Of a DNA stretch of 64,000 nucleotides, positions 13,087 to 23,574 are shown in pieces. The first letter of the stretch is position 1. Each line of letters starts with the position of its first letter. Below the pieces are notes generated by a model, which ran no database searches, was not told the DNA's origin, and saw only the letters and a list, made by a program, of their open reading frames with translations. The stretch covers positions 620,001-684,000 of the forward strand of contig OZ024761.1 of the NCBI GenBank assembly GCA_964016885.1. Reading direction: 5' to 3'. A program made the position numbers and the translations under genes. This DNA is from Eledone cirrhosa (Eukaryota).

Positions 13087-13842
13087 TACCTATCTTCCGG
13101 CCTCTCTAGAGAATCGTAAAAGCACATATCGTTATATGCTTTTTCTATGAAAATTAGTAGTGGGCAGACTAACCTGCATAGAGTGTGAGTAAGTACCGGT
13201 TCAACGGAGACGATAAAAACAAATAACGAAACGAAATTAAATTTCGTTTCGTTTGTAACTCACTTTTGTATGACTGACGCTTAAACAATTAAGTTAAAGA
13301 TGTACATCCATATATGTATACTGAAATACTAGTATGTATATGAATACACACACGTATACATATGTAGATGTACCAAGTTTTTTCACTGGTCACTTTACTG
13401 TGAGTGGCCAGCTATTCTGTATGTAAACACACAGACAAACCGGTTTTTAGAGTCATACTGGTTTTTGAGGAAACACCTTTCCTCTATTCTCCAGAAAGCC
13501 AGACAAGGAATATTGAACTAGTTACTCACAGTAAAGTGACCAGTGAAAAAACTTGGTACATCTACATATGTATACGTGTGTGTATTCATATACATACTAG
13601 TATTTCAGTATACATATATGGATGTACATCTTTAACTTAATTGTTTAAGCGTCAGTCATACAAAAGTGAGTTACAAACGAAACGAAATTTAATTTCGTTT
13701 CGTTATTTGTTTTTATCGTCTCCGTTGAACCGGTACTTACTCACACTCTATGCAGGTTAGTCTGCCCACTACTAATTTTCATAGAAAAAGCATATAACGA
13801 TATGTGCTTTTACGATTCTCTAGAGAGGCCGGAAGATAGGTA

Positions 13843-13887
13843 AATATTGCTGATGAGTTGTAACAACAACGAAACTAGTTCAATATT
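13843..13887 (+). ncRNA. Type I hammerhead ribozyme (467-bp unit)
   Basis: Stem I aatattg/caatatt, core CTGATGA at 13850-56, stem II GTTGT/ACAAC, GAAA at 13871-74, palindromic stem III ACTAGT. Predicted GUU cleavage after 13880. Confidence 0.9.
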
Positions 13888-14309
13888 CCTTGTCTGGCTT
13901 TCTGGAGAATAGAGGAAAGGTGTTTCCTCAAAAACCAGTATGACTCTAAAAACCGGTTTGTCTGTGTGTTTACATACAGAATAGCTGGCCACTCACAGTA
14001 AAGTGACCAGTGAAAAAACTTGGTACATCTACATATGTATACGTGTGTGTATTCATATACATACTAGTATTTCAGTATACATATATGGATGTACATCTTT
14101 AACTTAATTGTTTAAGCGTCAGTCATACAAAAGTGAGTTACAAACGAAACGAAATTTAATTTCGTTTCGTTATTTGTTTTTATCGTCTCCGTTGAACCGG
14201 TACTTACTCACACTCTATGCAGGTTAGTCTGCCCACTACTAATTTTCATAGAAAAAGCATATAACGATATGTGCTTTTACGATTCTCTAGAGAGGCCGGA
14301 AGATAGGTA

Positions 14310-14354
14310 AATATTGCTGATGAGTTGTAACAACAACGAAACTAGTTCAATATT
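14310..14354 (+). ncRNA. Type I hammerhead ribozyme (467-bp unit)
   Basis: Same motif as 13843-13887, offset +467. Confidence 0.88.
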
Positions 14355-14776
14355 CCTTGTCTGGCTTTCTGGAGAATAGAGGAAAGGTGTTTCCTCAAAA
14401 ACCAGTATGACTCTAAAAACCGGTTTGTCTGTGTGTTTACATACAGAATAGCTGGCCACTCACAGTAAAGTGACCAGTGAAAAAACTTGGTACATCTACA
14501 TATGTATACGTGTGTGTATTCATATACATACTAGTATTTCAGTATACATATATGGATGTACATCTTTAACTTAATTGTTTAAGCGTCAGTCATACAAAAG
14601 TGAGTTACAAACGAAACGAAATTTAATTTCGTTTCGTTATTTGTTTTTATCGTCTCCGTTGAACCGGTACTTACTCACACTCTATGCAGGTTAGTCTGCC
14701 CACTACTAATTTTCATAGAAAAAGCATATAACGATATGTGCTTTTACGATTCTCTAGAGAGGCCGGAAGATAGGTA

Positions 14777-14821
14777 AATATTGCTGATGAGTTGTAACAA
14801 CAACGAAACTAGTTCAATATT
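14777..14821 (+). ncRNA. Type I hammerhead ribozyme (467-bp unit)
   Basis: Same motif as 13843-13887, offset +934. Confidence 0.88.
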
Positions 14822-15243
14822 CCTTGTCTGGCTTTCTGGAGAATAGAGGAAAGGTGTTTCCTCAAAAACCAGTATGACTCTAAAAACCGGTTTGTCTGTG
14901 TGTTTACATACAGAATAGCTGGCCACTCACAGTAAAGTGACCAGTGAAAAAACTTGGTACATCTACATATGTATACGTGTGTGTATTCATATACATACTA
15001 GTATTTCAGTATACATATATGGATGTACATCTTTAACTTAATTGTTTAAGCGTCAGTCATACAAAAGTGAGTTACAAACGAAACGAAATTTAATTTCGTT
15101 TCGTTATTTGTTTTTATCGTCTCCGTTGAACCGGTACTTACTCACACTCTATGCAGGTTAGTCTGCCCACTACTAATTTTCATAGAAAAAGCATATAACG
15201 ATATGTGCTTTTACGATTCTCTAGAGAGGCCGGAAGATAGGTA

Positions 15244-15288
15244 AATATTGCTGATGAGTTGTAACAACAACGAAACTAGTTCAATATT
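15244..15288 (+). ncRNA. Type I hammerhead ribozyme (467-bp unit)
   Basis: Same motif as 13843-13887, offset +1401. Confidence 0.88.
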
Positions 15289-15710
15289 CCTTGTCTGGCT
15301 TTCTGGAGAATAGAGGAAAGGTGTTTCCTCAAAAACCAGTATGACTCTAAAAACCGGTTTGTCTGTGTGTTTACATACAGAATAGCTGGCCACTCACAGT
15401 AAAGTGACCAGTGAAAAAACTTGGTACATCTACATATGTATACGTGTGTGTATTCATATACATACTAGTATTTCAGTATACATATATGGATGTACATCTT
15501 TAACTTAATTGTTTAAGCGTCAGTCATACAAAAGTGAGTTACAAACGAAACGAAATTTAATTTCGTTTCGTTATTTGTTTTTATCGTCTCCGTTGAACCG
15601 GTACTTACTCACACTCTATGCAGGTTAGTCTGCCCACTACTAATTTTCATAGAAAAAGCATATAACGATATGTGCTTTTACGATTCTCTAGAGAGGCCGG
15701 AAGATAGGTA

Positions 15711-15755
15711 AATATTGCTGATGAGTTGTAACAACAACGAAACTAGTTCAATATT
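15711..15755 (+). ncRNA. Type I hammerhead ribozyme (467-bp unit)
   Basis: Same motif as 13843-13887, offset +1868. Confidence 0.88.
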
Positions 15756-17188
15756 CCTTGTCTGGCTTTCTGGAGAATAGAGGAAAGGTGTTTCCTCAAA
15801 AACCAGTATGACTCTAAAAACCGGTTTGTCTGTGTGTTTACATACAGAATAGCTGGCCACTCACAGTAAAGTGACCAGTGAAAAAACTTGGTACATCTAC
15901 ATATGTATACGTGTGTGTATTCATATACATACTAGTATTTCAGTATACATATATGGATGTACATCTTTAACTTAATTGTATATATATATATATATATATA
16001 TATTAAAATGACAACAGAAGGCCGGACTGGAAGATATGCTGTAAATTTTAATTGTATGTACATATATGTATGCATGTGTATATATGTATGTATATATGTA
16101 TATACATGTATGCATGTGTATGTATATGCGCAGGGACATAGAAATAATCAGGCTGGATATCCGATCACGAGGTTAAACCACTAGGAGTGAAGGACCCCTA
16201 GCCTTTGTCAGGGCATTCTTCTAGGAGAAGGCAACTCAGGAAACTGGGATAACTCCAACATAAAACCTGCATCTCAGTAGTTACCGATGATGTTGACCTT
16301 TTCTTCTTTTCGACTTATAGCTACTGTCGCTCAGAGAGTGGGATTGGCTCAGTGCACAGTCTTTCCTTCTCTCTTTATAAAACATCTTCACGCACAGGCA
16401 TTGCACGATAGTATTAATTGATAATTATAATTAATGTTATATCGTGTAATGGCCATACTCGATAACGAGGGGGCAGCCATCGTGTATGTATGTGTGCTGA
16501 AAAAAATTCTAGTACTGCAAATTTTCACAATGAGTAAGGTACTATATAGATTTGAATACGGTGGATTGGCAGTATCGGTAGAGGGTCGGGCGCCATGCTT
16601 TGAAGCATAGAGTTACCTCCCTTTATGATCTGAGTTCAAATCCCGCCGAGGTTAACTTTGCCTTTCATCCTTACGGGGTCGATAAAATAAAGTACCAGTA
16701 ATGCACTGGGATAATTGCTGGCCTTGTGCCAAATGTAGAAACAATTATATAAAATTAAGAAAATTAGTTGTAACGTGCGCAATTAGTTGTCATGTGTGGC
16801 CCTCAGACAACACATATGTGACCCATGCGGCCCTCGGGGGACCCTCAGTTTGACATGCCTGCTTTTAACCCTTTTCATACTGAACCATTTGAAACCGTCC
16901 CTAGTTCTATGATACCAAGTTGTTTATATTTATTTAAATCCTTCCATCATAATTTCATGTAAGAACCATTGTTAAGTTATGTTTCAAACATCAATTTAAT
17001 AATGAGAAAGTTAATTGTACTAGTGAATCCAGCCAAAATCATGAATATTTTCAAAATTATTTGAAAACCTTGGGTGGTCGCGCTTGGGGATCCAGCCAGA
17101 TCAATTGGTAATGGTTGCTTCTGACAAGACCTGCTGGAAGGTGTGCTTAAAGACTCTGTCCCTATGACACTTCTAGGAATATGTGGGT

Positions 17189-17411
17189 GAAGAAGAAGAA
17201 GAAGAAGAAGAAGAAGAAGAAGAAGAAGAAGAAGAAGAAGAAGAAGAAGAAGAAGAAGGAAAAGGAGGAAGAGGAGGAGAAGAAGGAAAAGGAGGAAGAA
17301 AAGAAGGAGAAGGAGAAGAAGGATGAGGAGGAGGGGGAAGAGAAGAAGATGAAAAAGAAGGAGGAGAAGAAAAATAAGGAGAAGGAGGAGAAGGGGAGAA
17401 GAAGAAGAAGA
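17189..17411 (+). repeat. (GAA)n/purine-rich tail of a short repeat also seen at about 45790-45915
   Basis: Direct reading. The upstream gatccagccagatca...gtgggtgaagaag is shared with the 45790 copy. Confidence 0.85.
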
Positions 17412-17828
17412 ATTGAAAACCATAGGCAGTGTCGTTAGACATATAAGAAGAAAAGGCTTAACAAACCCTCTATCAGAATAAAGGGGTTGATTAATTCAAA
17501 TCTATATATTTGTTTCTACATATGTGTTGTCTGAGGGCCACACATGACAACTAATTGCGCACGTTACAACTAATTTTCTTAATTTTATATAATTGTTTCT
17601 ACTTTTGGCACAAGGCCAGCAATTACACAGTGTATTACTGGTACTTTATTTTATCGACCCCGTAAGGATGAAAGGCAAAGTTAACTTTAATTTTATATAA
17701 TAAAACATGCTGGCGCTGTAAAAACCTTTGTGCGGGCTACAGGTGTGCTTATAAAAGGCCACATGTGACTTGTGGGCCGCATGTTTGACATGCCTGGGTT
17801 AAAGAGTAAGAATTAATGAACAACTTAC

Positions 17829-17895
17829 CATTCAGGTTACTGGAAAATCCAGAAAACATAGAACCAGATTCGCAAGCTTCGATATAGAAGACCAT
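17829..17895 (-). CDS. LGMN: Legumain exon 7 with catalytic Cys (MVFYIEACESGSMFSGFSSNLN)
   Basis: cacAG acceptor, GTAAGT donor, 67 nt. Carries the YIEACESGSM catalytic motif. Confidence 0.97.
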
Positions 17896-19279
17896 CTGTG
17901 ATCAGAGAAAACATTAGTTAACAACACATTCATTTAGAAGGTGCATGGCTCAGTGGTTAGACAGTTGGATTCGCAATCGTGAGGTTGCGAGTTCAACTCT
18001 TGGATTGGGTGATGTGTTGTGCCCTTGAGCAAAACACTTATTGTGAGCGGTAGATAGTATCAGCAATTGGAAAGACCAATGGAAACATTGTTTCCTTGGT
18101 CAAATTTGACGGAGTCCACCACCACATTCATCAGATATCAGAAGGCACCTAATAATATTCTGATGTGTGACTATGAACTGTATACCAAAGACTTTTTTAC
18201 TGGCTACTATTATATATATGTGTGTGTATGTGTATGTGTGTGTATGTAAGTAATGCTCAAATATATGTGCATATACACACTATTCATAAACATCTGTGAA
18301 TATTCACATTTGCATGCATGCACACACACACACACATATGATGGCTACAACTAGATTTCGAGTAATGCCATCGCTTGATATTTAAGCTGAGTTTCATGGA
18401 TATGGTTCCCTAGTCCTGCTAGGGACTCGCCTATGTCCAGCAATGCCATGCGCTGCCCCAAAAAAGGGTCACATATCAAGCAATGCCTGTACCTGAAGCT
18501 TTTTTAAGTGAGGAAAGGCTTTGCATGAAGTCAATCCCATTCTGAACATCAAATGCATTTACCCAAAATGTAGAAATGGTCTACATCATTGGATGCAAAT
18601 GAAGTTGCAGGTTTTATATCAGAGTGACCTTCTCCTAGAGAGATGTCTTAATGAAGACTAGGAGTCTCTCGCTCTACAAAAAAAAAATACTTTATTGGAT
18701 GGCCGTTGACTCTCCTGAGTTCCTCCACCCCTTGACATTACTGGTAACATGTAACTCAGTATATCCTGTGCATGGTCAGGATTTTGGCAACTAAACCGGC
18801 AACCCCACCAAGCTTGCTTGGTCAGGAAGGTGATTTTGGAGACCCTGCAGGATATGCATACATGGAATGGAAGGCACTCTGTCGGTTATGATGATGAGTG
18901 TTCCAGATGATCCGATCAGCAGAACAGCTTGCTCATGAAATTAACGTACAAGTGGCTGAGCTTTCCACAAACACATGTACCCATTACATAATTCTCAGGG
19001 AGATTCAGCATAACACAAAATGTGACAACGCTGGCCCTTTGAATTACAGGAACAACGCATTTTTGCCAGCTGAGTGAATTAGAGCAACGTGAAATAAGTG
19101 TCACAGCCACTCGAACTCACAACTTTACGATCGTGAGCTGAATTCCCTAACCACAAAGCCACATGCCTTCATACATACAAACATACATACATATATGTAC
19201 CAATACATATATGTATCAATACGTATATACATCAATACAGACTAAAACAATTCATACATACATGCATATGTATATGTCT

Positions 19280-19640
19280 ACTCATCGTGTCCACAAGAGT
19301 GTCAGTTACAGAGCTTGGCTAGATGTGGTTCCACCACAGCTGAACACATTGCTGTCCTTTCTCATTAAACTCTGCCAAGTCTAATACTGTGCAGGGGTGT
19401 TCCAGCAGGGGGCATATCAGAAGGTGTTGTGTAGTCTGTGGTTCGATGCCACAGTCACACACAAAGTCCCCATCCATTAAATATCTCCATTTTGTCAAAT
19501 TGACTTTTGCATGACCAACACCAGATCTTAGTCTGTTGAGGCATTTCCACACTGCATATGCAGTATCACTACTTATGCATGATGTTCCAAGAGGCTTGAC
19601 ACTCTTTAGGAAACTTTTCTGGATTTAAGACGACTTTTCA
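19280..19640 (-). mobile_element. LINE C-terminal zinc-knuckle fragment
   Basis: WKCLNRLRSGVG...CDCGIEPQTTQHLLICP. Confidence 0.7.
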
Positions 19641-19729
19641 TACATATATATGTATGAATAAATGCATGTATGTATTGATATTTAGATGTCAATTATATAT
19701 TAATAAATATCAGGAGTGGTATCACTTAC

Positions 19730-19792
19730 ATTTTTATATTTTTTATTTGCGTGCATGTTCATGATGGCCTCGGATAGCTCGCTTTTATATAA
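19730..19792 (-). CDS. LGMN: Legumain exon 6 (LYKSELSEAIMNMHANKKYKN)
   Basis: ttccttccccacAG acceptor, GTAAGT donor, 63 nt. Matches the LxxxxLxxxIxxMxxxKxY helix. Confidence 0.93.
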
Positions 19793-19852
19793 CTGTGGGG
19801 AAGGAAAGAAATGGACTAGAATCACAATCAGATTTATTATTATTATTATTAT

Positions 19853-20403
19853 AGGGCAGTGGATTGGCAGTATCAGTAGAGGGTCGGACGCCATGCTTTG
19901 CAGCATGGAGTTACGCCCCTTTACGGTCTGAGTTCAAATTAGCCGAGGTTAATTTTGCCTTTCATCCTTACGGGGTAGAAAGAATAAAGTACCAGTAATA
20001 CACTGGGATAATTGCTGGCCTTGTGCCAAAAGTAGAAACAATTATTATAATAGGGCGGTGGATTGGTAGTGTCGGTAGAGGGTTGGATGCTATGTTTTGC
20101 AGCATAGAGTTATGTCCCTTTACGGTCCGAGTTCAAATCCCGCTACGGTTAACTTTGCTTTCATCCTTACGGGGTCGATAAAATAAAGTACCAGTCATGC
20201 ACTGGGGTCGATTTAAATGACTTTCCCCTCCCCCCAAAATAGTTGGCCTTGTGCCTATATAAGAAACCATTATTATTATTTGATGAGTTCAAATCCCGCT
20301 GAGGTTAACTTTGCCTTTCATCCTTACGGGGTCGATAAAATAAAGTACCAGTAATGCACTGGTTAATTGCTGGCCTTGTGCCAATAGTAGAAACAATTAT
20401 TAT
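19853..20403 (+). mobile_element. Three tandem tRNA-derived SINEs (Meta/MESC-like core)
   Basis: A-box-like tggcagtatcggtag, B-box gagttcaaatccc, core gcctttcatccttacggggtcgataaaataaagtaccag, (ATT)n tails. Other copies at about 4410-4690, 6412-6610, 10065-10245, 16560-16750, 21925-22355, 28755-28942, 30280-30445, 44545-44790 and 57360-57750. Confidence 0.88.
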
Positions 20404-21347
20404 TTGGAGACTGGAATGTCTTCAGGCATTCACAGCCCTCGACCAATCGGGCAATGTGATCGGTGGAAACTCCACCTTGGCGTTCTATAGAGGGGAAGAG
20501 CGACGACATACTTGAGGAAACTCTAGGCCTCGACGAAAATCAACTAGCCAGTCTCTTCGGAAGAACTTTCGGGCCGGGGCCTATGGACAACTTCCAGAAA
20601 TCCCTGGCCTGGCAGTGCTACCGAGGAGCTTTGCCAGTTCGGGATAAACTCTACAGGCATGGAGGTGCCGTCAACCGGGCATGTCCGTGATGCGCGCAGG
20701 GCGACGAAACCGTCCTGCACACACTCATCCAGTGTCTGAGCATTTCTGACTTGTGGGTTTATGTCGAACACCTGCTGTCACGTGTAGAACGGATCCGACT
20801 ATCAGCTGAGTTCACCGTGAGGATTGCCCCGCCCTCTTCCTTTAACCGGGAAGGGCAGGCAATTTTTATCTGTCTGGTGGCCATGGCGAAAGAGATAGTA
20901 TGGTGGACGCGTTTGAAAGGGCTGAAGACGAGCACTTACCTCTTCGGTGATGCCCTGATTAACCTTTAATTTCATTTAAAAAGGAAAATCAGGGTAGAGA
21001 GGGAAGTGCTCTCTTCCCAGCATTTTGTTGAAAGATGGGTGAGAGAGGCAAGAATGGCCCGTGTGAATGGGCCTACTCTGAGTATGTGCTTGTAAATTGA
21101 AGGTGGAAAACTGGGAGAGGGCACTTTCCCTGGTGGTCAGGGTCACCGTGGCTTTTTTTAATGGGGTTTCTCCACGAATATCCCTCAGAAGTCTCCCCCC
21201 CTATTTGGGAATATTTCATTGTTTCCTTTTTTGTTACATCCTCTGTTTTTTTTTACACGCAGAAATGCCCATTTGTACAGTCCTGTATTATCCTGCACTG
21301 TCCTTAATGTCTACTTTGTGTAAACCCTTGTGGTTAATAAAAAAAGC
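20404..21347 (+). mobile_element. 5'-truncated Tx1/L1-type LINE in (ATT)n
   Basis: ORFs 20463..20690 and 20751..20969 match the ORF2 C-terminus (MDNFQKSLAWQCYRGALPVRDKLYRHG). AATAAA followed by (ATT)n. Confidence 0.92.
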
Positions 21348-21399
21348 ATTATTATTATTATTATTTTATTTATCTTGCTTTATGTTCATAAGAGTTATC

Positions 21400-21900
21400 A
21401 ACAAGTCATAACCAGTGACCTCAAGAGACAAAAAGGTCTACCATGTTCAAGAAAAGACACACATAAAAACATCTTTAGGAGTCATTCTATTTGATGGGCA
21501 GTACATGTCAGTGTAGAAAGCCTCAAGGACTTCTTTATTGTCTTCCCTTGACCATTTTTCTGTCTTTTTCTTTGAATTTCTTGGTGATGAGCATGGAAGG
21601 CCATCAGTAGGGGTATTCCACTTATAGGAGGTCTCCACCTCCGAATTGATGGGAAGGTTTGAACCATTAGCTGATTTTTCAACCTCAGTCTGGTTCCTCC
21701 CTTGTTAACCAAGGTGATGACCGATCCGGTATGAATTTTTATTATTTGACATTAGATATATTTTGTTGCGTTTTATCCTTATCTGCCAAGGGGTAATTAT
21801 TTCGAGTTACACTCCTAGGACGAGTGTCAACCAAAACTAGAGGGATCATCCTCCCCATGAGACATGGCTACCATCTGACAGCCGCCAACCCGGTATTTCT
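21400..21900 (-). mobile_element. R4/Dong-type 5' fragment
   Basis: KWSREDNKEVLEAFY resembles NWTKEMNRTVMQCY of ORF 53866. Confidence 0.55.
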
Positions 21901-22369
21901 TGGTCATGGTTTTTTTTTTATTATTGGCAGTATCGGTAGAGGGTTGGACGCTATGCTTTCCAGCATAGTTACGTCCCTTTACGATCTGAGTTCAAATCCC
22001 GCCGAGGTTGACTTTGCCTTTCATCCTTACGGGGTCGATAAAATAAAGTACCAGTAATGTACTGGGTAATTGCTGGCCTTATGCCTAAAGTAGAAACAAT
22101 TATTATTTATTATTACTATTATTATTAGGGCGGTGGATTGGCAGTATCGGTAGAGGGTTGGACAACATGCTGCACGGCATAGAGTTACAGTCCTTTATGT
22201 TTTGATTTCAAGTCCCACCGAAGTTAGCATTGGCTTTTATCTTTATGGGGTCAATAAAATAAAGTACCAGTAAAATACCGGTGTCGATTTAATTGACTTT
22301 TGACTTTCCCCTCCCCTGAAATTGCTGACCTTGTACCTAAATCAGAAACCATTATTATTATTACTAATT

Positions 22370-22895
22370 TGATATCTCAGTCGTTGATGCTTTTTGAACT
22401 GGAAAATTTGCCCTAATGAATATCGAACCCATACCTGCACCCTCAGATATTTAGGACGTACCGGAAGGTCCTTGCTGTTCCCAGTAGGCATGTCCTTTGA
22501 AGTGTTCTAAAAGAGGGGGCTGGGTCATCCCCTCATCATACAAGATAGTACCTAATGCTTGTATAATGAGGGGATGACCTTGATATCATGGCAGTCACAA
22601 ATCTTTTTCAGCTCCCACTTTAAATCCTCGCCCCGGTTAATTTTCTTTTCCTCCTTTTTTTTGCACTCTTGTGTCAAAGGGGCAAGCTACATCTATAATC
22701 AAGCAAGACCTGTCTTCCATGTCAAAAAACTGTTTGTATCCTGAAATCCAACAGTATATTCATCCGATCGTTTTCTATCACCGACTCTGGCTTATGTCCA
22801 TACCACTTCTCAGAGTGGGGTAAATTATTCAGTTTGTATAAATGCCAGTGGATCACATTTTCTATGATATCATGCCTCCATCCTTTATGTGAGGC
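22370..22895 (-). mobile_element. R4/Dong-type 3' fragment
   Basis: HKGWRHDIIENVIHWHLYKLNNLPHSEKWY..KPESVIEND matches ORF 56042..57049. Confidence 0.8.
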
Positions 22896-22911
22896 CGTTC
22901 CCTCTCTCGTG

Positions 22912-23232
22912 AAGGCGCATGGCTTAGTGGTTAGAGAATTGAGCTTGCATTCAGAAGGTTGAGTTTGATTCTTGGACCAGATGTGTTGTGTCCTTGAGCA
23001 AGACACTTTATTTCACGTTGCTCCAGTTTACTCAGCTATAAAAATGAGTTGCAACGTCACTAGTGCCAAGCTGTATCCCAGCCATTATCTTTCCCTTGGC
23101 ATTGAGAGGGGAGACTGGTATACATGGGCGACTGCTGGTCTTCCACAAACAACCTTGCCCGGACTTGTGCCTCGGAAGGAAACTTTCTAGGTGAAAATCC
23201 CATGGTCATTCATGACCAAAGGAGGTCTTTAC
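22912..23232 (+). mobile_element. tRNA-derived SINE, CORE-like
   Basis: ggcttagtggttaga A-box, degenerate B-box, tgtgtccttgagcaagacactt core. Relatives at about 17938, 18870-19165 (-) and 27108. Confidence 0.7.
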
Positions 23233-23236
23233 CCTC

Positions 23237-23289
<53 letters not shown>

Positions 23290-23426
23290 ATATGTCTCTA
23301 AACCACATCATTGTTACTTTTCGTCCAGCACTATAATGTTAAACAAATATAAGTAAAGCTATGGTATGCTAAAAAGTATTAATTTATGTAGAAAACATAG
23401 GTGGCGGAGAAAGTATTGTTACTTAC

Positions 23427-23502
23427 ATTTGCTGATGGAAAACAAACCAAATCTTGAGCCCCATGGTCAGCAAAATAGACGAAAATGTTATCGTTAAATC
23501 CA
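23427..23502 (-). CDS. LGMN: Legumain exon 5 with catalytic His (GFNDNIFVYFADHGAQDLVCFPSAN)
   Basis: (ctat)n-ccAG acceptor, GTAAGT donor, 76 nt. Carries the FVYFADHG catalytic motif. Confidence 0.96.
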
Positions 23503-23505
23503 CTG

Positions 23506-23573
<68 letters not shown>

Positions 23574-23574
<1 letters not shown>

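Larger units (their letters stand above)
11349..15979. repeat. 467-bp tandem array in two opposed blocks (about 4.7 and 5.3 units), retrozyme-like
   Basis: The ORF track repeats every 467 nt and flips strand at 13523/13524. Units appear identical, each has a hammerhead motif, and (TA)n flanks both sides. Confidence 0.97.

Noticed and set aside
11536-15860. Repeated 60-aa ORF MASYSVCKHTDK... as a tandem gene family
   Set aside because: It starts at GTG, has no recognisable domain and is antisense to the ribozyme. The paired substitutions between loci are better explained by RNA structure.
11349-15979. Array dismissed as a pure assembly or fold-back artefact
   Set aside because: The palindrome is asymmetric with unique flanks, and the same termini and inversion recur at a diverged locus. 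The exact unit count and perfect identity could still reflect consensus polishing.
16977-17442. Poly-K/E, poly-L and poly-S ORFs
   Set aside because: Products of a (GAA)n purine-rich tail.
19853-23000. tRNA genes
   Set aside because: A/B boxes are present but there is no cloverleaf or acceptor stem. They are heads of multi-copy SINEs.
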